Shown piece after piece: positions 11,800 through 21,514 of a stretch of DNA of 35,271 bases. The notes beneath the pieces were generated by a model. It did not search any database and was not told the DNA's origin. It was given only the letters and a program-made list of their open reading frames with translations. The DNA is taken from NCBI RefSeq assembly GCF_001194135.2, contig NC_069010.1:9340468-9375738 (forward strand). Direction: 5' to 3'. The DNA comes from Octopus bimaculoides (taxonomy: Eukaryota). Numbering within the stretch: the first letter of the stretch is position 1; the number at the start of each line of letters is the position of its first letter. Position numbers and translations under genes: made by a program.

Positions 11800-12680
11800 C
11801 CTTTACTATATTCCTGTTAAAGATACAACGTCTTTGTTTCAATTAATTTTTGCAATAATGAAGAATTTAGTAAAATTAACTTTGCTATAATTAAGCCGGT
11901 GTTTGGAATTTGAAATTAGATGGAATTTTGATGAAAGATTGTAATTTCAATAATTTTAAACCCTTTTCTTACCATATTCCTGTTGAAATATTCTTTGTTT
12001 CAATTGATTTTTAAAATAATAAGGAATCTACTAAAATAATTTTGTCATTATTAAGATGATGCTTGGAACTTAAAATTACATGGAATTTTGATGGAAAATT
12101 TTAATTTAGATCATTTTAAACCCTTTTCTTACTATATTTCCCTTACCTTAATTAAGATGAAATATTAATTAAATCCTTATTTTAATTAATATGAAAATAA
12201 TGAAGATTTTAGGAAAATAATTTGGTCCTTAGCATAAAATTTTGATGGAATGTTTTAAATGCCCTTATAAAGCAGGTGGGAAGATTTTAATTCTGACCAT
12301 TTTAAGTCTTTTGTTAAAGGATTTCAGTTAAAATATGCTGTCTTTGTTTCAATTTATTTTGAAAATAATGATTTAGTAGAATAATTTCATCATTACTAAG
12401 CTGGTGTTTGGAACTTAAAATAACGTGGAATTTTGATGAAAGCTTTTAATTTTAGATTATTTTAAACTCTTTTATTGCCAAATTTCTGTTAAAATACACT
12501 GCATTTATTTTTGAGAATAATGAAGAATTTAGAATAATGACTTTGTCGTTATTAAACTGGTGTTTGGAAAATAAAATATTCTGTCTTTATTTTAATTAAT
12601 TTTGAAACTAACGAAGAGACTTTAGTAAAATAATTTTGTTCGTTACAAAGCTGCTGTTTAGACATAAATTAACATGAAAT
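11800..12680. repeat. Diverged AT-rich tandem array of about 160-190-bp units, about 5 copies, at the start of FABP intron 1
   Basis: Recurring tctttgtttcaatt, ggtgtttggaac and ggaattttgatg landmarks. Confidence 0.75.
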
Positions 12681-13194
12681 TTAATTAAACCTTTTTTGTT
12701 TCCACATTTCTGTTGGGGGAGTGAGTGGATGAACATGGGTGGAATTGTGGCTGATAGGAAATACCAGTTTGGTGAGCGGGGAACGGTGAGAGGGATTGAA
12801 GTGGGTCAGGGAGGAAGGAGTTGACAAGCAAAAAGCTGTGGATAGATCAGAAAATAAAGAGACCGTTGTGTAAGAGTAAGAGGAGCGTACAGTGACAGAG
12901 ATGGAGGTCAGAGGTATTGAAGGGTGGCTATAGTGAATGATGTGACAATAGTGGGGATGGGTTGTTGGGAGATGAATCAATGGTGGATGTGGGAGGGTGT
13001 TGAGAATAATAGCATGGGCTATTAGTGTTTATTGTTCCTACAAATCTTTCACATACAAAGAGAACTTTATCTGTTAATCTACCTGTGATGCCATTGTACC
13101 ACTTAGGTGTCCATAGTTTACTCTGGATGTAGCAAATGAAATTCCTTCCAAATCCTTTCCTATATATGGAACAGGGTCTTAGCTAGATTAACTT

Positions 13195-13408
13195 TAAGGC
13201 CCCTAGCCATATCCGCCCAAAATATTCTACCTTTTTTATGTTCAAACTGGTGAGATCTGGTCTCTCAGCAATCCTACAATATCATTCTAAAAATTAATTC
13301 ACCTCATCAGAATCTCAGAAGCTACAAGATAAAGCCGATTAATTAAAAATAACGAGAATGAATAAACCTTACATTTGACGGAATTATGTGAATGCTAAAG
13401 GGTTATAA
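13195..13408 (-). mobile_element. TTAA-flanked, piggyBac-like MITE copy (ends ...AATGCTAAAGGGTTA)
   Basis: Shares ends with 2340-2480 (...ggatatggccgttttaaatgctaaagggttaa) and 13736-13790 (ttaaccctttggcgttcag...); CCCTTT ends flanked by TTAA. Confidence 0.6.
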
Positions 13409-13513
13409 TTGCCTGACCCTGCATAGTGGTGCTCCAGTGTAGTCGTAGTTCAGTGATTGAAACAAGTAAAAAAAAATGGAATGATGTAATAGTGTTTTTC
13501 TCTTCTTTGTTAG

Positions 13514-13701
13514 AAATCCCAGATGAGGACAAGCAGAAAGCCGAAGTGTTTCTGGATCCAGTAAACGAAATAATTCAGGAAATTGAAATCAATGGACAAC
13601 ATCTGACAATCAACATCAGTGCCAAGAACGGTTGGTCTGAGGAGAACAAGGCAACATTTGGGAAACCTGTGGAACAATGCCATTTTGGAAGGGAATTTAC
13701 G
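13514..13701 (+). CDS. FABP: FABP-like gene, exon 2 (QIPDEDKQKAEV...FGKPVEQCHFGREFT)
   Basis: Acceptor tctttgttag|, donor ACG|gtaaat; 188 nt, phase 1 to 0; beta-strand pattern and F-G-x-x-x-E typical of FABPs. Confidence 0.88.
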
Positions 13702-13735
13702 GTAAATACACACAAATCACCATCATCATCATCAT

Positions 13736-13790
13736 TTAACCCTTTGGCGTTCAGATTATTCTATCAAATGTAATCCTTATTTAGTAACAT
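13736..13790 (+). mobile_element. End fragment of the TTAA-flanked MITE
   Basis: ttaaccctttggcgttcagattattctatcaaatgtaa is the inverted match of 13369-13405. Confidence 0.55.
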
Positions 13791-13795
13791 TCATC

Positions 13796-14030
13796 ATTAT
13801 CATCATCCTTTAACGTCTGCTTTCCAGGCTGGCATGGGTTAGATGGCTTGGCTGGAACTGGTAAGCTGCACCAGGTTCAGGTCTGGTTTCACACGGTTCC
13901 TACAGCTGGATGCCTTTCGTAATGCCAACCACTCCAAGAGTGTAATAGGTGCTTTTTACGTGCCACCAGTCACAACTATGGTGTCACGGGTGGGTGCCAT
14001 TTACGTGACACTAGCAATGACTGCAACGAT
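13796..14030 (-). mobile_element. SINE family A diverged copy in FABP intron 2
   Basis: tttaacgtctgctttcc...ggatgcctttcgtaatgccaaccactcc. Confidence 0.7.
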
Positions 14031-14283
14031 GGTTTCACAGTGTTATAAGTCACTGTGTGAGGATTATAACATTGCTTTCTTGCAATTGGGCAAAGTGCTC
14101 CATTTATAACAAATCTTCCTTTGGTGACTAGAATATTATATGCTAGCCAGGCTCCTGCATGAAGGACTGATGAGGATATATGCTTGGATTACATTTATTC
14201 CCTTCCATTATTATGTATATATGTGTATTTCTCTTTGCGCTGTTTCCAAATGTCGTTGTCTTGTGATTGTTTATTGAACACAG

Positions 14284-14385
14284 GCCTCGTACAAACTGGT
14301 AGGGGACACCATTGAGGAGCACCAGAAAGGGATGTTTGAGGCTAATACAACTAGGAAGGTTGACGAAAACGGAGAGCTTGTAATG
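14284..14385 (+). CDS. FABP: FABP-like gene, exon 3 (ASYKLVGDTIEEHQKGMFEANTTRKVDENGELVM)
   Basis: Acceptor acacag|, donor ATG|gtaagt; 102 nt, the canonical size of FABP exon 3. Confidence 0.88.
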
Positions 14386-15323
14386 GTAAGTACAAGGTAC
14401 ATGTAGACATGTATGGTCAGCTGTGTTTCTTTGTATGCATCTTAGTAATCATATGTGTGCGTCTGTGTGTTAGCATATGTGAGTGTGTGTGTTATGTGTT
14501 GGCATGTGTGTCTATATGTGACTGTGAATGTATCTATGTTGTTTTGCTCCATGTTAACCCTTGAGCAAGTCAGTCCCTTGTGGGATTATGTTGAACAGCT
14601 GCTGTCGCAGTGAGAGAGAGGTGCGTGCTATCAAAGTGACACTGGGGTAAAATACACGAAGCCCAGTACACCCATCATGACTACCCGTCTGACAAGGGTA
14701 CACCAGGCACATGCATCACAACCACATGTGCGTGACAGGGTGATTTCATATCAAGATAAACAGCGCCTGACCGTGCAGGGGGTGGGGCCCAGTTAGAATT
14801 TTCTTCAGGTCGAGGAGCCCATCCCGTTCTTTTCAACTATCCAATACTTTCCAGATTCTTCTTCTCCTCACCACCACCATCACCACCACCACCACCACCA
14901 CCACCAACCCCATCACCACCACCACCACCACCANNNNNNNNNNNNNNNNNNNNNNNNNNNNNNNNNNNNNNNNNNNNNNNNNNNNNNNNNNNNNNNNNNN
15001 NNNNNNNNNNNNNNNNNNNNNNNNNNNNNNNNNNNNNNNNNNNNNNNNNNNNNNNNNNNNNNNNNNNNNNNNNNNNNNNNNNNNNNNNNNNNNNNNNNNN
15101 NNNNNNNNNNNNNNNNNNNNNNNNNNNNNNNNNNNNNNNNNNNNNNNNNNNNNNNNNNNNNNNNNNNNNNNNNNNNNNNNNNNNNNNNNNNNNNNNNNNN
15201 NNNNNNNNNNNNNNNNNNNNNNNNNNNNNNNNNNNNNNNNNNNNNNNNNNNNNNNNNNNNNNNNNNNNNNNNNNNNNNNNNNNNNNNNNNNNNNNNNNNN
15301 NNNNNNNNNNNNNNNNNNNNNNN

Positions 15324-15539
15324 ATTGAAAGTGTTTTGCGTAGAATGTGTGCAGTACCCAGTAGTGCAATTTTCTGTATGTTATATATATTTGTAAGTCC
15401 TGGTGTTTTTGTTATGTATTTGTCTGAATATTTTTTTATTATACCTAAGGCACCTACTATGATAGGAATTGTTTCTGTCTTTAGATTCCACATTCGAGTT
15501 ACCTCTATTTCCAGGTCTTTGTATTTTGAAAGTTTTTCC

Positions 15540-15540
<1 letters not shown>
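15324..15540 (-). mobile_element. 3' fragment of an R4/Dong-like non-LTR retrotransposon (restriction-like endonuclease C-terminus)
   Basis: KLSKYKDLEIEVTRMWNLKTETIPIIVGALG...IQKIALLGTAHILRKTLS; 5'-truncated end abuts a (TAA)n tract. Confidence 0.8.

Positions 15541-15622
<82 letters not shown>
15540..15622. repeat. (ATT)n microsatellite directly upstream of the FABP exon 4 acceptor
   Basis: About 27 units with one ATTAAT interruption. Confidence 0.95.
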
Positions 15623-15623
<1 letters not shown>

Positions 15624-15627
15624 GCAG

Positions 15628-15678
15628 ACAATTGTAGCTGGTGATGCACATTGCAAGAGAATCTACAAACGCATATAA
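15628..15678 (+). CDS. FABP: FABP-like gene, exon 4 (TIVAGDAHCKRIYKRI*)
   Basis: Acceptor tatgcag|; 51 nt including TAA, the canonical FABP exon 4 size; contains the R-x-Y ligand motif (CKRIYKR). Confidence 0.88.
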   Translation, partial: TIVAGDAHCKRIYKRI

Positions 15679-16934
15679 AGTTCATTCTGTGACACCAGAG
15701 TGCACACGTCAGAGCAGATGCAACAGCAACCACCACAACAACAACAACAGTAATGACGACAATACCAACAACAACAAAAACAATAACACCACCAACAACT
15801 ACAACACTGACACCTCTTCTAAGGCAGCAACAGCACCGACAGCAACACTCAGTAAGGAAACTTCTATGCAGTTAACTGACCAGCTAGAAACAACAGCCAA
15901 CTCCACCTCAATTCACAGCCCACTGTCTAAGGGGACACAAGACATGTTGGATAATGTAATCCAAGATGGACTTTGCCCATAAAAATGACAGTATGCTCAT
16001 GGATGGATTGCCTTTGATGAGTGATTCACTCAATCAGAGCTGGCTCGGGGTTAAACAACAACGATAATAATAATAATAATAATAATAATGTGAAACCAAT
16101 GATAGAATTCCTCTATTCAGTTACATCTCTGCTAGAAATAACAGCTAAATCTCCTTTAAATTACATATGAATATCTTAGAAAAAAAAAAAGATCTATGTA
16201 TTGGATAATGTAGTCTAGGATGGGATGGTCATAGATGGAACGTCTTTTCACCACCATCAGCCACACAAAACAAGGAACCCTCTATGCAGTTCTATGATCT
16301 GTTAGAAACAGCAGCTGAATCTTTCTCAAATCAAACCCTGCTGCCTTAGAAGTAGAGATAGACTGGATGATGTAGTTCTAGATATACAAAAAAAACGACA
16401 TTTTGGGGCCATTGCTGGCATGTCTCAGATCACGTGTCTGCTCAGCCAGGGTTGACCCAGGGCTAAACAGTTAAAACAAGGCATAAATAAAAAAAATACA
16501 ATACCAATTTGAAATCTTTTTGTTTATATATGTATATATATATATATGTAGATATATATACTGGCTGGCCTATGTAGGTTCAGAGATGGTTTCATGTTGT
16601 GCCGATGCATGATGTCGCTCGGTCGTGCATGCACAATTGCTAGCATCGTCAAATTTGCAACTGGAATATCATACTGATGAGGAAATGAAAAGTTTTTACC
16701 TTTCTAAGCCAGAAACGCATCTATGATTAACTAAGACTGGTTAGGTTCGTTGTTTTTTCTTCTTGTTTTGCCTTTGTGAGTTACAAGTACTGCTATCAGC
16801 TGCTATTTCTGAACTTCGGTATGTGGTGAAGCAACTGTTGCTGATCCCTTAATTATGTTTATATATGTATATATATATATATACATATAATACAATACAT
16901 ATGTCATATAAAGATATACATACAAATTTTCTCT

Positions 16935-16940
16935 TTTATT
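16935..16940 (-). terminator. Candidate MTO1 polyadenylation signal (AATAAA)
   Basis: TTTATT on the plus strand about 170 nt downstream of the MTO1 stop codon. Confidence 0.35.
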
Positions 16941-17107
16941 ACTACATGCTATTGTAGTAAGGCACAAAATTATTATGTTCTGTTCACACTGCCATCACAC
17001 ACGGAATGCTCCATCCTATCATGTTTTAAAGTAATCTCAAAAGCTGATGGATTTAGTAGAGATCATTGTGTCGGGTGTTCATGTAATATTACAGACACTT
17101 ACGACCA

Positions 17108-17254
17108 TCAAACAGTTATAGACTTGCCGTGGGTGGTACTGCTTCCTGTCCGAGCTGTTTTGTGTTCTTGTGCCTTTCTCTGCTTCTTTACATGTCGCAA
17201 CAACAGGATCAACGCTGCAGGGGTCACACCGGGGATTCGGCTGGCAGAAGCAAT
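17108..17254 (-). CDS. MTO1: MTO1 terminal coding exon (IASASRIPGVTPAALILLLRHVKK...SITV*)
   Basis: ASRIPGVTPAA motif; acceptor ttccatacag|; TGA at 17110-17108. Confidence 0.95.
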   Translation of the reverse strand: MASASRIPGVTPAALILLLRHVKKQRKAQEHKTARTGSSTTHGKSITV

Positions 17255-17281
17255 CTGTATGGAAGAAACAGAAAGGTACAA

Positions 17282-17432
17282 GGTATGGTGTGGCTGTGCT
17301 TGTGTAGGTAAGAAGTTTGCTTTCCAACTATATGGCTTGGGGTTCAGTCCCACTGTATGGCACCTATGGCAAGTGTCTTCTACTATAGTCCCAAAGCATT
17401 GTGAATAGATCTGGTAGGCAGAAACTGAAAGA
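17282..17432 (+). mobile_element. SINE family B 5' part
   Basis: gtggctgtg...ggttcagtcccactg...gcagaaactgaaagaag. Confidence 0.7.
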
Positions 17433-17437
17433 AGGTA

Positions 17438-17560
17438 GGGCGGTGAGCTGGCAGAATCGTTAGCGCACAGGGCGAAATGCTTAGTGGTATTTCGTGTGTC
17501 TTTACATTCAAATTCCACCGAGGTCGACTTTGCCTTTCATCCTTTCAGGGTCGATCGACT
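17438..17560 (+). mobile_element. SINE family C copy
   Basis: ggcggtgagctggcagaatcgttagc...gaggtcgactttgcctttcatcctttcagggtcga. Confidence 0.75.
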
Positions 17561-18079
17561 TAATCCGTTTGTCTGTCCTTGTTAGTCCCCTCTATGTTTA
17601 GCCCCTTGTGTGCAATTAAGAAACTGAAAGAAGGTTGTCCTATATATATATATATATATTCATTAATTAGAAATATTCAATAGGAATATGATATTCTGAA
17701 TTTAAATTGAGTGCTCGTATATATTATGGTATCAATAATATTAAAATCTCTTTTATAAATTTCAAAATATTAATACAGTTAATTGAGGTTGGTGAGTTAG
17801 TAAAAAATTCTAAAATTTTACGTCCTTATATTGGTCCTTTGGTAAAGACACTTGCCACACAGTGGGATTGAACATGAGAGCACAAATAAATATATTTGCA
17901 CACAGGCCTTATATGTTGAAGAGCTTGAGAAAAAAAAAACTCTTACATATATATTTATACATAACACCATTTTATGTAGCACTCTTCTTGAGTGTATATA
18001 TTCTTTTATTAGTTTCATATATAGTTTTATATAGGGGAAGCAAGCTTCTTGCCACCCTTATATATATACACACACTCAC

Positions 18080-18134
18080 CGTGGCTGGTCTTGCCTCTAT
18101 TAATTTGTTCCGGGCCTCATTTGCAATGTTGACA
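18080..18134 (-). CDS. MTO1: MTO1 exon (SVNIANEARNKLIEARPAT)
   Basis: tttgcag| acceptor, ACG|gtgagt donor; 55 nt; matches the S.E.R.KL...RP.T motif. Confidence 0.92.
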
Positions 18135-18559
18135 CTGCAAAAGAAAACAGAAAATTTACTTAAGAACTTCATAGTAAATAATAAAAACAAAATAGTAATT
18201 AAACACATAAATCCGATGTGTGGTTTTCCTTTATTCCTTATTTAAACAGTATCAAGAAAAGATTATTTCCCTTGTCAAGAGNNNNNNNNNNNNNNNNNNN
18301 NNNNNNNNNNNNNNNNNNNNNNNNNNNNNNNNNNNNNNNNNNNNNNNNNNNNNNNNNNNNNNNNNNNNNNNNNNNNNNNNNNNNNNNNNNNNNNNNNNNN
18401 NNNNNNNNNNNNNNNNNNNNNNNNNNNNNNNNNNNNNNNNNNNNNNNNNNNNNNNNNNNNNNNNNNNNNNNNNNNNNNNNNNNNNNNNNNNNNNNNNNNN
18501 NNNNNNNNNNNNNNNNNNNNNNNNNNNNNNNNNNNNNNNNNNNNNNNNNNNNNNNNNNN

Positions 18560-18770
18560 GCAGAGTTTCTACAGCTGGATGCCCTTCCTAACGCCAACCA
18601 CTCAGAGAGTGTAGTGGGTGCTTTTACGTGTCACCCGCACGAAAAAGGCCACGCTCGAAATGGTGTCTTTTATGTGCCACCCGCACAAGCCAGTCCAGGG
18701 GCACTGGCAACGATCTCGCTCGAAAATCCTACGGGAGCCAGTCAGGTGGTACTGGCAACGGCCACGCTCA
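18560..18770 (-). mobile_element. SINE family A copy in an MTO1 intron
   Basis: Near-identical to 2777-2990. Confidence 0.8.
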
Positions 18771-19185
18771 TATATGTATATATATGTATATACATATATA
18801 TATGTATATATACATATATATATATGTATATATATATGTATAAATCGTCCAACCCATGCTAGCATAGAAAGCGGATGTTAAACGATATATACATTATCTA
18901 TATGCATACATTACATAAATACGTATATCATATACATACGTACATTACATGAAAACTGAATTTAACTTGAGTATGAGGCACATCCCTAATTTTGTGTTAA
19001 ATCTTGATACAAAACTTGATAGTTTTGACTTTATCCTGCGTACAAGTTGTGCCATAGTTTTTCCAGTTAAAATCACATATGAGATAGTGTGATTAATACG
19101 AGAGTAAATACTGTATATTCTGTCCCCCCACCCTGCTTCATTAGAAACATGTGGATTTGTGTATAGATGTGAGATCAATTCTTAC

Positions 19186-19282
19186 CTGTAATAATCAAGG
19201 TCCTCGGGTAGTTCTAACATCTCTTCTCTGCGGACTTCTTCAATATCCTCCATTTGACTCTCCAATTCTACAGAATACCGCA
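19186..19282 (-). CDS. MTO1: MTO1 exon (VRYSVELESQMEDIEEVRREEMLELPEDLDYY)
   Basis: ttccttgcag| acceptor, AG|gtaaga donor; 97 nt; contains the LPxDLDY motif of the GidA C-terminal domain. Confidence 0.92.
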
Positions 19283-19504
19283 CTGCAAGGAAGGAAAGAA
19301 TATACAACATCCAAGATCATCATCATCATCTCGTTGATCCAATCACTAGAACAGCCTGCTTGTGAAATTAACATGCAAGTGGCTGAGCACTCCACAGACA
19401 CACGCTCTCTTAACATAGTTAAGTATAACACAATGTGACAAAGCTGGCCCATTGAATTACAGGTACAACTCATTTTTGCCAGTTGAAAAAGCATCATTTG
19501 ATCG

Positions 19505-19760
19505 CGATTGTTTCCAGCTTCGCCTTACTGGCACTCGTGCCGGTGGCAGGTGAGCGAAACATTGGACTGACTCCTGTTGCAGGTGGCACGTAAAAAGCAC
19601 CCACTACACTCTCGGAGTGGTTGGCGTTAGGAAGGGCATCCAGTTGTAGAAACTCTGCCAGATCAGGTTGGAGCCTGGTGCAGCCATCTGGTATCACCAG
19701 TCCTCAGTCAAATCGTCCAACTCATGCTAGCATGGAAAGCGGACATTAAATGATGATGAT
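19505..19760 (+). mobile_element. SINE family A copy in an MTO1 intron
   Basis: Core plus ttaaatgatgatgat tail. Confidence 0.8.
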
Positions 19761-19972
19761 GTGTGAACTGGAGCAACATGAAAACAATTGTCTTGCTCAA
19801 GAACACAGAGTGCCACCAGGAATCGAACTCGTGGTCTTATAATCAAAAGCTGAACACCCTGTCCACTAAGCCATGTGCTTTCTCTCTCTCTCTCACACAC
19901 ACACAAAAATCACATGCCTAACAGCAAAATATAACCTTATACCAGATATATATAAATGGGTTACAATCTTAC

Positions 19973-20091
19973 CTTCAATGGACAATCTTTGTAGAATGGC
20001 TGACTGACCAATCAGGTGACCAAACTCCTTGGGGAATGCTTTCACAAATTCCTCTGGGGAAATTGTTGTATCAGAAAATATTGAAAAGGCA
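19973..20091 (-). CDS. MTO1: MTO1 exon (SAFSIFSDTTISPEEFVKAFPKEFGHLIGQSAILQRLSIE)
   Basis: attttcag| acceptor, G|gtaaga donor; 119 nt; ends in RLxIE as in MTO1/GidA; not in the ORF track, read by hand. Confidence 0.9.
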
Positions 20092-20179
20092 CTGAAAATG
20101 GATATAATAATAATAATGTGCCAACACTATAGAATAGTGCTAAGACTATGGAATAAAAACAGAAAAAAGATGGTGTAGG

Positions 20180-20470
20180 CACATGCTAGAAAAGGTCACA
20201 GAAAATTGAGAAAGCAACCATACTCTGGGATATGCCAATACATACAGATAGAGAGATTAAGGCCAGATACAGTTGTTAGACATCATGAAGCAAAAAAATG
20301 CTTTCTAATTGATGTATCAATACCAACAGATGACAACGTTTCCCTAAAAGAAATGGAGAAACTTTCAAAATACAAAGACCTGGAAATAGAGGTAACTCGA
20401 ATGTGGAATCTAAAAACAGAAATGATTCCTATCATAGAGGGCGCCTTAGGTATGATAAAAAAAATATTCA
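20180..20470 (+). mobile_element. Second R4/Dong-like fragment, filling most of the MTO1 intron 20092-20484
   Basis: ILWDMPIHTDRE...RPDTVV...LIDVSIPTDDNVSLKEMEKLSKYKDLEIEVTRMWNLKT (frameshifted); nearly identical to 15440-15538; short (TAA)n upstream at about 20105-20117. Confidence 0.8.
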
Positions 20471-20484
20471 GAATGGATACCCAC

Positions 20485-20653
20485 CTCTTCTTCTGCACCT
20501 TCTTCTCATCTACCCGAGCACTTTGTAGCTTTGACCTCCAGTTGTAAACTGAGTCAAAGGTCGTCTTTAGCAAATCCATGTTCTCGTCTAAGGCAGTCTG
20601 CATCCGCATCATCTTTTCATACCTGTGCTTACTGACGCAGCCTTGGTGGTAAC
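20485..20653 (-). CDS. MTO1: MTO1 exon (GYHQGCVSKHRYEKM...KKVQKK)
   Basis: cttacag| acceptor, AG|gtgggt donor; 169 nt; phase-compatible with both neighbours; matches the GCVS..RY region of MTO1. Confidence 0.92.
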
Positions 20654-20767
20654 CTGTAAGATAAAGAGGGCAACAATATAAGACAGCTACTTTGGGGATT
20701 CTAATTGCAAGGCTTGCAGGAGGACCTTGACAGGGTGGGTATGTCCTCCTCATCATCATCATTGTTT

Positions 20768-21167
20768 TAACTCTTTTATGGGTTTCAGTCACTTGACTGC
20801 GGCCATGCTGCAGCACCGCCTTTAGTCGAGCAAATTGACCCCAGGACTTATTCTTTGGAAACCTAGTACTTATTCTATTGGTCTCTTTTTGCCGAACCGC
20901 TAAGTTACGGGGACGTAAACACACCAGCATCGGTTGTCAAGCAATGGTGGGGGGACAAACACAGACACACAAATATATACACCCACATACATATATATAT
21001 ATACACATATATACAATGGGCTTCTTTCAGTTTCCGTCTACCAAATCCACTCACAAGGCTTTGGTCGGCTTGAGGCTATAGCAGAAGACACTTGCCCAAG
21101 GTGCCATGCAGTGGGACTGAACCCGGAGCCATGTGGTTGGGAAGTAAACTCCCTACCACACTGCCAC
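20768..21167 (-). mobile_element. SINE family B, near full length (tRNA-like head TGGCTGTGTGG...GGTTCAGTCCC)
   Basis: A/B-box-like head on the minus strand, internal (TA/CA) microsatellite; matches 30520-30890. Confidence 0.8.
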
Positions 21168-21224
21168 CCCTCCTCCCGAAATATTTTCTCTGAAATGTCC
21201 CTGTCCCCTAAAATTCTGAAATAC

Positions 21225-21429
21225 CTTTGGCAGTTAGTCGGATGTCCGCATTGTCGGGCCGCAAGTAGAGCCGGAACTCCGCTCGGCTGGTAAACATACG
21301 ATACGGTTCATTGGTTCCGAGTGTGGTGAGGTCATCCACCATGACTCCGATGTAAGCTTCTGACCGATCAAGGGTCATGGCTGGTTTGTTCTGTACTTTA
21401 GAAGCTGCATTAATCCCAGCCAAAATACC
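21225..21429 (-). CDS. MTO1: MTO1/GidA(MnmG) internal exon (GILAGINAA...[46 protein letters not shown])
   Basis: Highly conserved GidA motif [28 protein letters not shown]; acceptor ttttttccag|, donor G|gtattt; 205 nt. Confidence 0.97.
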
Positions 21430-21514
21430 CTGGAAAAAACAAGAGGAAAACCATCACGAAAAACTCAGATAAAAAATTCCAAAACAATAAGATATCCATT
21501 TATAAATCATACAG

